From IMG/VR virus record IMGVR_UViG_2529293060_000009: a DNA stretch of 46,993 bases. The stretch is one strand, 5' to 3'. Within the stretch, counting starts at the first letter, position 1. Each line of letters begins with the position of its first letter. Both the position numbers and the translations under genes were made by a program. Below, piece by piece: positions 1 through 13,503 of this stretch. A model generated the notes under the pieces. It had not been told where the DNA came from. It searched no databases and saw only the letters and a program-made list of their open reading frames with translations. This DNA is from a virus (lineage: Duplodnaviria; Heunggongvirae; Uroviricota; Caudoviricetes).

Positions 1-1284
1 TTACAGACTTCTGGAAGGTTGCGCAGCTCTTACAACACGCGGTTGATCTTCCGCAGCGTCTTCCAGCGCACTTAAATCACGGTCTTTCACCTCTGGCATT
101 TTCAGCGCAGAGATTAAACCAATTACTGAATATGCCATGATCATAATGGCGATCGGATACCAGGATTCCGTCATGGTGCAGAAAATACCCGCCAGGATAG
201 GACCAAAACCGGAAGCGATAAGACCACCAATTTCTTTAGAAATAGCCATCCGGGTAAAGCGGTTTTTACAGCCGAACATTTCTGCCATGGTAATGTTTTC
301 CAGAGCAAATAATCCCAGCACCGCACAGTTATGAATCACAATCAGTGCAACCATAATGGTGCTCGGGGCATAGCTTTTATCTACAATGATAGAAAGCATT
401 GGCCATGCCAGCACAATCTCGGAGGTATTCATAATAATATACGGGATCCGGCGACCAATTTTATCGGATAACCAACCAAGGAACGGAATGGTCATAAAGC
501 CGAGAATCGAACTAATCATCAATGCGTCTGTTGGAATTGCTTTGTTAAACAATAACGTCTGCACTAAATAGCCTGCAAGGAAAGTCTGAATTAACCCGGA
601 GTTACCCGCCTGACCAAAACGCAGCCCTGTTGCCAGCCAGAAGGATTTGCTCTGGAACATGCTACCAGCAGGTGCAGGTTTTGCTGTGGGTTGGTTGCTG
701 TCATTAACCTTCTCAAAGACCGGGCTTTCTTTCAGATTCATACGTAACCAGATAGCAAAGACCATCACGACAACGCTCGCCAGGAACGGTATACGCCATC
801 CCCACGCCAGCAGTTCCTCTTTACTGAGAATGAAGAACATAAAGGCCCAGATTGCCGTTGCGCTCAAGGTTCCGCAGTTAGTTCCCATAGCTACAAATGA
901 GGAGATAATTCCGCGCTTACCTTTTGGTGCATATTCCGCCAGCATCGTACCGGCACCGGAAATTTCCGCACCTGCACCCAACCCCTGAATAATACGCAGC
1001 GTCACCAGCAAGATGGGGGCAAAAACACCAATCTGTGCATAGGTCGGTAACACACCAATTAAGGTGGTACAGATCCCCATCATGGTGATGGTAATAAAGA
1101 GCACTTTTTTACGCCCTATTCTGTCGCCCATTTTGCCGAAAATAAATGCTCCGACAATACGCGCCACATAACCTGCACCGTAGGTTCCCATTGCCAAAAT
1201 TAACGCCATTGCCGTTGATGATTCAGGAAAAAATATTTCATGAAACACCAACGCTGCGCCGAGCGAATATAACTGGAAATCCAT
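1..1284 (-). CDS. ydfJ: MFS (metabolite:H+ symporter type) transporter YdfJ; the 427-aa ORF appears to lack the N-terminal segment seen in full-length family members, consistent with interruption by the prophage
   Basis: ORF track. Multi-helix hydrophobic protein with the MFS loop motif G-x-x-x-D-R-x-G-R-K-K (MGDRIGRKK). ProP/KgtP-type homologs have about 25 more residues before the first helix. Matches my recollection of K-12 YdfJ, which flanks Qin. Confidence 0.8.
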   Translation of the reverse strand: MDFQLYSLGAALVFHEIFFPESSTAMALILAMGTYGAGYVARIVGAFIFGKMGDRIGRKKVLFITITMMGICTTLIGVLPTYAQIGVFAPILLVTLRIIQGLGAGAEISGAGTMLAEYAPKGKRGIISSFVAMGTNCGTLSATAIWAFMFFILSKEELLAWGWRIPFLASVVVMVFAIWLRMNLKESPVFEKVNDSNQPTAKPAPAGSMFQSKSFWLATGLRFGQAGNSGLIQTFLAGYLVQTLLFNKAIPTDALMISSILGFMTIPFLGWLSDKIGRRIPYIIMNTSEIVLAWPMLSIIVDKSYAPSTIMVALIVIHNCAVLGLFALENITMAEMFGCKNRFTRMAISKEIGGLIASGFGPILAGIFCTMTESWYPIAIMIMAYSVIGLISALKMPEVKDRDLSALEDAAEDQPRVVRAAQPSRSL

Positions 1285-2070
1285 AATTCACAGGTGTTTT
1301 TTCCCATCCTGTGGTTTCCTTGGCGTTTTCTAGGTTTTTTCAGATAGTTGCATTTTTTTAAAAAGCATCCTAAGTTCGATCTCAGTGTCTATCTGGGGCC
1401 TATTTCTGTCCCATATATGCCCCAAAAAAACTCCCCAACAGATAAGTAGTTTTTTCATGGATTTATGCGTAAAATCAAGAACGGCTGGAAATCATTCAAT
1501 ACTCACACTATCGAAAAATTTACCAGCCAATCGCAGCACGTTCTTGCATAAGGCGTGTCTGCGGTTTTTCAACTATTCAGATACATCACTCCCATCACAT
1601 TCATTCCTCCGCATCAAAGGCATATAGGCTATATCACCTTGATATTTTTCTTTTTCAGATAAAAACTGTTATCTATGTATACTTTTAAACCCAATCCGTG
1701 TAGAGTCTCTGCATAAGATAGTTTGCAGTTGCCGCTTCAGCTTGCGCCATAAACCGCCTGATTTTTGCTGCCACCTGTTAGCATTCCTGTATACCTGAAA
1801 CGACAATGTTTATCTACGAACTTTAAGAACACCCAAGATAAAAATTGTCAACTATATCATATATAACACATTACTAATTCGAGGCTATATGAACAGCATA
1901 CTGATAATCACATCTCTCCTTATCATATTCAGCATTTTTAGTCATGCCCTAATAAAATTAGGGATTGGCATATCCAATAACCCAGACAAAACCGATGTAT
2001 AAGTCAACATATCCTGAATCAGACATACAATATCGCAATGAAAATCAATAATATTTTAAGGAATATCTTC

Positions 2071-2304
2071 ATGAAATCAAAAGACACCCTAAAGTGGTTC
2101 CCTGCGCAGCTTCCTGAAGTAAGAATTATCCTAGGGGATGCTGTAGTGGAAGTAGCAAAACAGGGAAGACCTATCAATACCAGAACATTGCTTGATTACA
2201 TTGAAGGAAACATAAAGAAAAAATCATGGCTGGATAACAAAGAATTATTACAAACAGCGATATCAGTTCTTAAAGACAACCAAAATTTAAATGGTAAAAT
2301 GTAA
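2071..2304 (+). CDS. ydfK: YdfK/YnaE-family small prophage protein
   Basis: Internal Met of ORF 2038..2304 (MKSKDTLKWFPAQLPEV...). Matches my recollection of K-12 YdfK/YnaE, which sits next to pinQ/pinR. Confidence 0.55.
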   Translation: MKSKDTLKWFPAQLPEVRIILGDAVVEVAKQGRPINTRTLLDYIEGNIKKKSWLDNKELLQTAISVLKDNQNLNGKM

Positions 2305-2620
2305 TATAATAAACTTACTTTTTTATCATTTTTCCACTTTAACAACATTTTGCTCCACTTTTCCACGACCAAACAACTTGAAATCTGGTTAAAATAACAC
2401 GCAACACTATTCTTCTCCCTTGAGTCCGCCCGGAACTCGAAAAACAAACCGAGTTAAAGCCATTTTTCACAAAATCGATTTTGGGTCTCACCAAAATTAC
2501 GGGGTTGCATACGCATTCGTTTATTTTCGAACGTGTACATACAAATATGCACAAAAATAATCATAATTATTTTCTGAGATGCATTATGATATGAACACCA
2601 ATTTCGTATAGAGTCTCACT

Positions 2621-3211
2621 ATGTCTCAAATTTTTGCTTACTGTCGGATATCAACGCTGGATCAGACCACCGAAAATCAACGCCGGGAAATCGAAAGTGC
2701 AGGTTTTAAAATCAAACCTCAGCAAATAATCGAAGAACACATTAGCGGCTCAGCAGCAACCAGTGAGCGTCCTGGTTTTAACCGGTTGCTTGCTCGCCTG
2801 AAATGTGGTGATCAATTGATTGTGACAAAACTGGATCGCCTTGGTTGTAATGCAATGGATATCAGGAAAACAGTGGAACAACTGACCGAAACAGGTATCA
2901 GAGTGCATTGCTTAGCATTGGGGGGCATTGACCTGACCAGTCCAACAGGAAAAATGATGATGCAAGTAATTTCAGCAGTCGCTGAATTTGAACGAGACCT
3001 TTTACTTGAACGCACTCATTCCGGGATAGTAAGAGCCCGCGGCGCAGGGAAACGTTTTGGTCGACCACCTGTGTTAAATGAAGAACAGAAACAGGCGGTA
3101 TTCGAACGAATTAAGTCAGGTGTAAGTATAAGTGCCATTGCCCGGGAATTCAAAACCTCGCGGCAAACCATTTTAAGAGCCAAAGCAAAACTTCAGACAC
3201 CTGACATATAA
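2621..3211 (+). CDS. pin: Serine recombinase, Pin/Gin/Hin-type DNA invertase
   Basis: 196-aa ORF with N-terminal catalytic serine motif (YCRISTLDQ), resolvase core and C-terminal HTH. Near-identical by recollection to PinQ/PinR/PinE. Confidence 0.9.
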   Translation: MSQIFAYCRISTLDQTTENQRREIESAGFKIKPQQIIEEHISGSAATSERPGFNRLLARLKCGDQLIVTKLDRLGCNAMDIRKTVEQLTETGIRVHCLALGGIDLTSPTGKMMMQVISAVAEFERDLLLERTHSGIVRARGAGKRFGRPPVLNEEQKQAVFERIKSGVSISAIAREFKTSRQTILRAKAKLQTPDI

Positions 3212-3308
3212 AAAATAATCTCGGTGTGAGATGCTTTACGTCTTCCAAGCCCCCTTCCTTGCCGTAAATGGAAAGATACATCTAATTATAGAATTTATAT
3301 GTTTTACC

Positions 3309-3884
3309 CTACGGCAGTGCTGGCCATTCAATATCCTGTGCAGTTGACGTATCAACACGGTTCAGCAATACCCGATACTTTTTCCATGCTTCCAGCAACG
3401 AGATTTCTTCCTCCGTTGCAATTTCCAGATCTGCAGCATCCTGAAGCGGCGCAATATGCTCACTGGCTACCTGCATCAGGTTGTTTTTTGTTTCTTCCGC
3501 CTCCCGGATCCGGAACAGTTTTTCTGCTTCCGTATCCTTCACCCAGGCTGTGCCGTTCCACTTCTGAAACTCCCCTTCCGGCGATAACCAGGTAACATTT
3601 TCCGGTAACGGACCGAGTTCAGAAATAAATAACGCGTCGCCGGAAGCCACGTCATAAACCGTTTTACCCCGATGATCTTCAACGAGATGCCACGATGACT
3701 CATCACTGTTGAAAACAGCCACGAAGCCAGCCGGAATATCTGGCGGTGCAATATCGGTACTGTTTGCTGGCAGACCTGTATGAGGCGGAATATATGCATC
3801 ACCTTCACCAATAAATTCATTAGTTCCGGCCAGCAGATTATAAATTTTTATGGTCCGTGGTTGTTCACTCATTCTGAATGCCAT
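3309..3884 (-). CDS. tfa: Tail fiber assembly protein Tfa
   Basis: 191-aa ORF ([31 protein letters not shown]...) nearly identical to my recollection of lambda Tfa. Start overlaps stf stop. Confidence 0.88.
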
Positions 3885-6800
3885 TATGCAAGCCTCACAA
3901 TATAGTTAAATGCGATGTTTTTGACGGTGTTTTCCGCGTTACCAGCAGCGTTAACGGTGATGGTGTGTCCATGTGAACCAATCGCAACGGAGTGCGTATG
4001 AGCACCAATACCGACAGTATGTGCATGTGCGCCTGCGCTTGCAGCAGTGCCGGACAGCGAGTGGGTATGAGCACCATCTGATGATGTCTTCCCTGCATTA
4101 CGAGTCTGGCCACTACCGCTTGTTGTGCTCATAATCCCCGCGCTTAGATTTGAAATCGCGGTATAACCATTAGGGAAAATGCTCGTGTTCGTGCCACCAA
4201 ATGCACCGGAACTCTTGTGTTGGTGCGCACCGGCACTATTTGCGGTCCCGCTAATACTATGGGTATGCGCCCCGGTGTTATTCGTGGATTTGGTTCCGTA
4301 ATCAAACGACGATGTGGTTTTCGTCCCCAAATCCGTACTGGATGCGCTGGCGCTGTGGGTGTGCGATTTAATGCCGTCCTGTTCCTGAGATAATACGGCC
4401 CGACCACTGGCGGGCTTGCCCTTAATCGTCCAGCCACGCATATCAGGGATCACGCCTGACGGATAAGCAACTGCAAGTTTCGGGTATGCAGATTTGTCAA
4501 AAGTCTGCCCCTGCATCAGGGCATAACCAGACGGAACGGTATCTGATGGCCACGGGATTGGTGCACCGACTGGATAAAACTCTGCAGGAGGATGAGCCGA
4601 GGTGTAAAGCTGCGCCCACGGCGACCAGTTTGCGTCGGTCGTATCCCGTCGTGAACGAATAAATGCCGGAGCATGAGCACCGCTTGTACCACTCCAGCCG
4701 ATGAGTAACTCACCTTCGCCAACGGCTGTCATCCCTTTCAGGTGAATGATATTTCCATACGCTGTTGGATATCCGTTGTTATACACCTCGTATAACTCAA
4801 GACCTGCTGCCCCCTGCGTATTGTCTGTCAGCGCGGTTACCCGACCTTTTGAAGCCAGATTAACTGATGATACTGCTGTTCCACCTGACGGTAACGCCCC
4901 GATCTCTGATGCCGTTGGCTTATTTCTGGAGTTATAGTCCCTTCGCCAGCCAGGTGAATAATCTGTTCCGTGATTAATATAGGTAAACTGGGCGTTAGTT
5001 GTTCCACCACCAGTGGAGGTGGTCGGTGTGGTAATGCGGATCGTCATCGCTGACTTTATCCCCATTACTTCAATGACAGCTCCGGCGAGATGAATATTAC
5101 CGCAGTCAGTATCAGTAATGATTTTATTATTGCCATAAGACCAGGAACCCTTGCACATCCAGTATGGATGGTTAAATGCTCCCTGAGAATCCAGCCACTC
5201 GATAAACTGTGCAGTCGTCCAGTTTCCTGTTGTTGTGCTTACTGACCCACCGAAGGCACGGCAGGCACCAATATTTTTCGTAAAGGTATCTTTGCCAGGG
5301 ATATCCGCACCGTTCTGATCTTTCTGCAGACGTTTCTCAGCATTGTCATTGGCTGCTTTTACTGCCTTTGGTGTCGCGGCAAGCGTTTCAGACGTGCTGT
5401 TGGTCGCGCTGCTTAGCTGGATTATCCCTTTCTGTGCTGTCGTTGCATCCTGTGCGGTGTATTTCCCGTTAGCCAGGTCATACGCGGCCTTAACGGCTTT
5501 TGGCGTTGCCGCCAGTGACTCGGAAGTGCTGTTGGTCGCACTGCTGAGCTGTACTATCCCCTTTTTCGTCGTGCTCGCATCCTCAAGCGCCACGGCGGAT
5601 GCAATATCCTCTGCCCGTTTTGCCGCTGTCTCAGCGCGCGTTGCTGCAGATTCCGCCGTACTTTTGCTCTGAGCTGCTGCCGTCGCACTGCCAGCTGCCT
5701 CTGTCGCCTTCGTGGATGCCGTCGTGGCGCTACCCTTCGCTGCTGACGCCTGTCTGGTCGCCTCATCTTTTGAAGCAGACGCAGATGATGCCGATGACGA
5801 CGCCGAACTGGCTGACGATGCGGCAGCCGTTTTTGAGGATTCTGCGCTGGTTTCCGACGCTTTCGCGTTCGTTTCGGATGTCTTCGCTGCGGAAGCAGAC
5901 CTCGCTGCTGCGCTGGCCTGTTCAGTGGCTTCGCCAGCCTTCGTTGTGGCTGTTGAAGCAGACGATGCGGCGCTTTCTGCCGATTTTCCGGCGGCGGTGG
6001 CACTGGCTGAGGCCTGCCCGGCACTTGTTGACGCTGCACTGGCAGACGACGCAGCCGCTGTTTTTGAGCCTGCCGCAGCCGAGGCGCTCTGTCCCGCTGC
6101 CGTTTCAGAAGACCTGGCGTTCGTCTCTGACGTTTTTGCCGCCTTCGCGGAATTTCCTGCCGCTGTTGCCGAGGAAGCTGCGCTACTGGCGCTCGAGGAT
6201 GCGTTCGTTTCTGATGATTTTGCCGCCTCTTTTGAAGCCGCCGCATCCCGGGCTGAGGTGGCAGCTTCTGACGCTTTCGTAGTCGCGGTGGATGCAGAAG
6301 TGGCTGCTGATTGTTGTGACGCTGCAGCATTCGTTTCTGACGTTTTCGCGGCACTGGCACTGGTAGCTGCCGCGCTTTTTGAGGACTCTGCAGCGGCAGC
6401 ACTTTTTGATGCTTCAGTGGCCTTTGTTGATGCCGTTCCTGCGCTGGAAGTCGCTGACTGAGCCGACGACGCGGCCTGTCCGGCTGACGTGCTGGCTGCG
6501 CGTGCTGAGCCTGCAGCATCAGTCGCATGGGTTGCCGCCTCACGGGCTGATGTGCTGGCATCACTGGCTGACTTCTTCGCGGCCGCCGTGTTCTGTGCCA
6601 CCACGGACGCGTTACGCGCCACCTCTTCCACCATCAGCTCAAAACGGCGCAGTGCCTCCGGACGGGCATCATCCTCCGTCATGGCACCGAGAAAATCATT
6701 CAGCGTACCGGGTCGGGAATCTTCATACACTGTGATGGTCCCGGCATGTGACGGCGGGAATCCTTCCACCAACAGAATAACGCTGTACTGACCGTACTCA

Positions 6801-6964
6801 ACGTCCATACTGTAACGCCCGGCTTCATCCGGATTTTCAGATGCCAGCGTGTTCACCACCACCGTGGTACTGTTACGTTTTGCTTTCAGCTGGATTGTGC
6901 AGTTCTGTACCGGTTTTCCTGTGCCGTCTTTCAGTACACCTGAAATTTTTACTGCCATATTCAC
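3884..6964 (-). CDS. stf: Side tail fiber protein Stf (1026 aa) with long Ala/Ser/Thr-rich fibrous repeat region
   Basis: N-terminus ([26 protein letters not shown]...) and C-terminus (His-rich HTHS repeats, ...[11 protein letters not shown]) match my recollection of lambda Stf. Contains the conserved [14 protein letters not shown] motif twice. Confidence 0.9.
5360..5575. repeat. Tandem duplication of about 132 bp inside stf, encoding two copies of the fiber motif KGI(V/I)[11 protein letters not shown](S/T)[11 protein letters not shown]
   Basis: Direct comparison of 5366..5434 with 5497..5568: near-identical strings such as gtgctgttggtcgc(g/a)ctgct(t/g)agctg. The protein shows the motif twice, 44 aa apart. 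Confidence 0.7.
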
Positions 6965-6969
6965 CCCAC

Positions 6970-6996
6970 AAAAAAGCCCGCCTGAACCGGCGGGCT
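6970..6996 (-). terminator. Rho-independent terminator between lom and stf
   Basis: Plus strand aaaaaagcccgcc-tgaacc-ggcgggct. On the minus strand this is a 7-8 bp GC-rich stem followed by a T6 run. It lies about 6 nt upstream of the stf start codon. Confidence 0.6.
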
Positions 6997-7022
6997 GTCA
7001 TAACACTGTGTTACCTGGCTAA

Positions 7023-7622
7023 TCAGAATTTATAACCAACACCCACGATGAGCCCGTCAGTGCGCCAGTCACCACTGCCGGAGCCTTCATAAGCGACATC
7101 AATGGCCACGGATTCGGTCGGGTTAAACTGCACGCCAGCTCCCCACGCCAGAGACGTGTTGCTGTGGCGACCGTCATCACTTCCGGTCAGCACATCGTGC
7201 TTTTTCCCCTTGTTGTCAGTTACGCGGAGATAATCCCCGGAGAAAGTCGACACACGGCTGTAAGCCACACCCGCCATCGCATACGCGCTGAACCATTCAT
7301 TCACGCGCACAGACGGCCCCGCCATTACGCTGAACCAGCGGTTACGAACGGAATCTTCATGCCAGCGGGTATCGCTGTAACGGGTAATCTGGCGATTCTT
7401 GTCTCCTGCATAGCTGAACGACGTCACCATCCCCAGTGTGTCCGTAAACTCATAACGGTATTTCACGTTAATCCCGTTCAGATCATCACTGCCGGGAACG
7501 TTCGTCCGGGCATGAAGATACCCCGCGCTCAGCGTGGACTGATGTTCAGACGCCCATGCAGGCGCACCGGATACGGCCAGACAAATGGCTGCGGACAAAA
7601 TGGCGGCATAAAGTTTACGCAT
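7023..7622 (-). CDS. lom: Lom/Ail-family outer membrane beta-barrel protein
   Basis: 199-aa ORF with signal peptide ([24 protein letters not shown]) and C-terminal aromatic residue (..GVGYKF). Positioned between J and stf as in lambda. Confidence 0.85.
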   Translation of the reverse strand: MRKLYAAILSAAICLAVSGAPAWASEHQSTLSAGYLHARTNVPGSDDLNGINVKYRYEFTDTLGMVTSFSYAGDKNRQITRYSDTRWHEDSVRNRWFSVMAGPSVRVNEWFSAYAMAGVAYSRVSTFSGDYLRVTDNKGKKHDVLTGSDDGRHSNTSLAWGAGVQFNPTESVAIDVAYEGSGSGDWRTDGLIVGVGYKF

Positions 7623-7688
7623 AATTACCTCTCGCTTCTCTGCAATAAAAAAGGCGTCATTTCTGACGCCCGTTCTGGGTTATAAAAT

Positions 7689-11090
<3,402 letters not shown>

Positions 11091-11147
11091 TCATGCTCCA
11101 TAAACGATAAAACCGCCCGGAGGCGGTTTCACATAAAACATTTTGCA

Positions 11148-11819
11148 TCAGCGACCAATCACCACAACCTGACCACCATCCCCTTCGTCTGCCGTGCTGA
11201 TCTCCTGAGAAACCACGCGTGACCCCACGCGCATTTCACCGTACAGAACCGGCAGAACATTACCCTGGGCAACCATGTTATCCAGGGAGGAGAAATAGGT
11301 GTTCTGTTTGCCGTTATCCGTTGTCTGTGTACGGGGAGTTCTGGCTTTCGGTGCCAGCATCTGCGCCACACCACCGAGCACCATACTGGCACCGAGAGAA
11401 AACAGGATGCCGGTCATACCACTGGCCCCAATGGCTGCCCCCCATGCTGCAAGGGTGGCTCCGGCGGTAAAGAATGATCCGGCAATGGCGGCAGCCCCCA
11501 GGACAATCTGGAATACGCCACCTGACTTGGCCCCGGCGACTCTGGGAACAATATGAATCACAGCGCCATCAGGCAGAGTCTCATGTAACTGCGCCGTTAA
11601 CCCGGACGTGCTGACGTCCCGCCCGGCAATCCGTACCTGATACCAGCCGTCGCTCAGTTTCTGACGAAACATCGGGAGCTGTGTGGCCAGTGCGCGGATG
11701 GCTTCAGCCCCCGTTTTCACACGAAGGTCGATGCGGCGGCCAAATCGTTGCAAATCCCCGTAAAGGCAGATGCGCGCCATGCCCGGTGACGCCAGAGGGA
11801 GTGTGTGCGTCGCTGCCAT
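11148..11819 (-). CDS. I: Tail assembly protein I
   Basis: 223 aa, same length as lambda gpI, with a Gly/Ala-rich hydrophobic central segment. Synteny K-I-J. Confidence 0.8.
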   Translation of the reverse strand: MAATHTLPLASPGMARICLYGDLQRFGRRIDLRVKTGAEAIRALATQLPMFRQKLSDGWYQVRIAGRDVSTSGLTAQLHETLPDGAVIHIVPRVAGAKSGGVFQIVLGAAAIAGSFFTAGATLAAWGAAIGASGMTGILFSLGASMVLGGVAQMLAPKARTPRTQTTDNGKQNTYFSSLDNMVAQGNVLPVLYGEMRVGSRVVSQEISTADEGDGGQVVVIGR

Positions 11820-12460
11820 TTGTCGGTATACCTCTCTCGTTTACTCAGTTGTTCAGGAATATGGTGCAGCAGCTCGCCATCACCACAGTAAATGGCGGCA
11901 TGATTCGGCACCGATGAACCAAAACAGCACAGCAGCACATCGCCCGGTTGTGCTGATGACAACGGCACCTGATACAGCCCTGTGGCCTCCAGATTATCCA
12001 GATAGAGATTCTGACCGTGACGCCACCAGTCATCCTCGCGATGAAAATCCGGCATCTCAATCCCCGCCAGATGATAAGCATCCCGGAACAGCGTGTAACA
12101 GTCCGTCACCCCGTGCTCAAAGCGCCGCCCGGTGAGATGCGGCACACAGCGGAACTTATGAATCGTCCCCCGGCAGACCAGCCACCACGGCAAATCACTC
12201 TGCACCTGCAGCCGCCGGTCGGCCTCACTCAGCCAGGGCAGACCACCGGGGTGGCTGTGGACCAGCGCCACAATCTCACCCTGCATTTCTGCCTGCAGCC
12301 AGTCTTCCGGCGACATACGGAAATACGCCTCCGGCTCACCGGAGATATTCACGCAGGGGAAATATCTTTCCCCCTCCGGCGTGCTTACCACGAAGCCGCA
12401 CGACTCCGCTGGCGCACATCGCCGGGCGTGCGCCAGAATCGCTGATTCTGTCTGTGTCAT
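11717..12460 (-). CDS. K: Tail assembly protein K (NlpC/P60-like plus JAMM-type HSHPGG motif)
   Basis: ORF contains the HSHPGG metal-binding motif typical of gpK. The ORF as drawn overlaps the I start by about 100 nt. Confidence 0.8.
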   Translation of the reverse strand: MTQTESAILAHARRCAPAESCGFVVSTPEGERYFPCVNISGEPEAYFRMSPEDWLQAEMQGEIVALVHSHPGGLPWLSEADRRLQVQSDLPWWLVCRGTIHKFRCVPHLTGRRFEHGVTDCYTLFRDAYHLAGIEMPDFHREDDWWRHGQNLYLDNLEATGLYQVPLSSAQPGDVLLCCFGSSVPNHAAIYCGDGELLHHIPEQLSKRERYTDKWQRRTHSLWRHRAWRASAFTGICNDLAAASTFV

Positions 12461-12465
12461 GGGAT

Positions 12466-13164
12466 TTACTGCGAAAGTTTGTTAATGGAAAGGAAGCCGC
12501 CAAAGTTGCCGACATTATTGCGAAACTTACAGCCACTCAGGCATTTGCTGCATTTATCCTTCGTGATATCGGACGTCGGCTGGTCATATTCATCCGCGAC
12601 CGCCGGACCGTTATAACCGCACTCATCACCGCGATAGGTCCAGGTGCAGGTATTAGCCAGCATGATGCGCCCCGGAAAAACGGCACCATCCGTTTCAGTC
12701 GGCGTGGACAGTACAAAGGAGGCACTGACCGCGCTCAATTCGCTGCACTGCTCGATGCGCCAGCGGCTAATCACCTCCTGCTCCGGATCGGCGTCGCTGT
12801 TTCCGTTGACGAAGTTCACCGCATCCAGAAAACGGGCGTAAACCTTACGCCTGACCACCGTTCCGCCGACCAGACTCTGCAGATCTTCCGCCATCCCGGT
12901 GACCATGCCGTGCAGGTTAGAGACCGTCAGTGTCGGACGGGCAGCACTGCCCTTACCGTTCAGTTCAAATCCCGTCCCCTGAATGGGATACGGCTGATAC
13001 TGCCACCCCTGCCAGGTGACCGGCTCACCTTTTTCGTTCTGCTCATTACAGAAAAAATAACGTTCACCACCGACCTCTGTCAGATCGATTTCCCAGAGCA
13101 CCACCTGGGCTGACTGAGTGAGGCGTGTCGTCTCATGATGTGTTTCCTGTGGAATATCCTGCAT
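12466..13164 (-). CDS. L: Minor tail protein L
   Basis: 232-aa ORF in the lambda L position with a Cys cluster near the C-terminus. Synteny M-L-K. Confidence 0.85.
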   Translation of the reverse strand: MQDIPQETHHETTRLTQSAQVVLWEIDLTEVGGERYFFCNEQNEKGEPVTWQGWQYQPYPIQGTGFELNGKGSAARPTLTVSNLHGMVTGMAEDLQSLVGGTVVRRKVYARFLDAVNFVNGNSDADPEQEVISRWRIEQCSELSAVSASFVLSTPTETDGAVFPGRIMLANTCTWTYRGDECGYNGPAVADEYDQPTSDITKDKCSKCLSGCKFRNNVGNFGGFLSINKLSQ

Positions 13165-13173
13165 CAGAGCCTC

Positions 13174-13503
13174 CTATGCCACGACCTGTTCAAAATCTGC
13201 CGTTATGGTTACCCACAGCGCCCCTACGCTTGCCGACCATTTACGACAAACCACCCTGATCGGCTTCCAGTCATAAGGTGGCGTCCACTGAAATGCGCGG
13301 ACGCCACCGTGCCGTTCCAGAAAGGCTTTTAAAGATGGGTGTTCACATTTACGAACACGTATCGTCACGCTGTAAGTCGACAACTGGTTATTCAGTCCCG
13401 CCGCACGACGCTGTTCATAACCATCGCCCAGCTTCACTGTCACCACTTTCGGCTCTGATACCACATTCATATCCGGGCGCACTTTCCAGTGAAACGTCTC
13501 CAT
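13174..13503 (-). CDS. M: Minor tail protein M
   Basis: 109-aa ORF between H and L, same size class as lambda gpM. Confidence 0.85.
   Translation of the reverse strand: METFHWKVRPDMNVVSEPKVVTVKLGDGYEQRRAAGLNNQLSTYSVTIRVRKCEHPSLKAFLERHGGVRAFQWTPPYDWKPIRVVCRKWSASVGALWVTITADFEQVVA

Noticed and set aside
2441-2462. gix/hix-like sequence (aaaacaaaccgagttaaagc) upstream of pin as an invertase crossover site
   Set aside because: It shares only the AAACCGAG half with my recollection of gix, lacks the symmetric second half, and has no inverted partner that would define an invertible segment.
1285-2620. Small ORFs in the AT-rich spacer (for example 1385..1627, 2196..2447, 2339..2554)
   Set aside because: Overlapping, AT-rich, no RBS or recognisable features; only the YdfK-like frame (2071..2304) matches a known small prophage protein.
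5554-6564. 336-aa Arg/Gln/Pro-rich ORF on the minus strand, and 227-aa and 249-aa ORFs on the plus strand (5599..6282, 5712..6461)
   Set aside because: These are alternate-frame and antisense readings of the low-complexity Ala/Ser repeat tract of stf. Their extreme composition and complete overlap with a well-supported gene indicate they are not genes.
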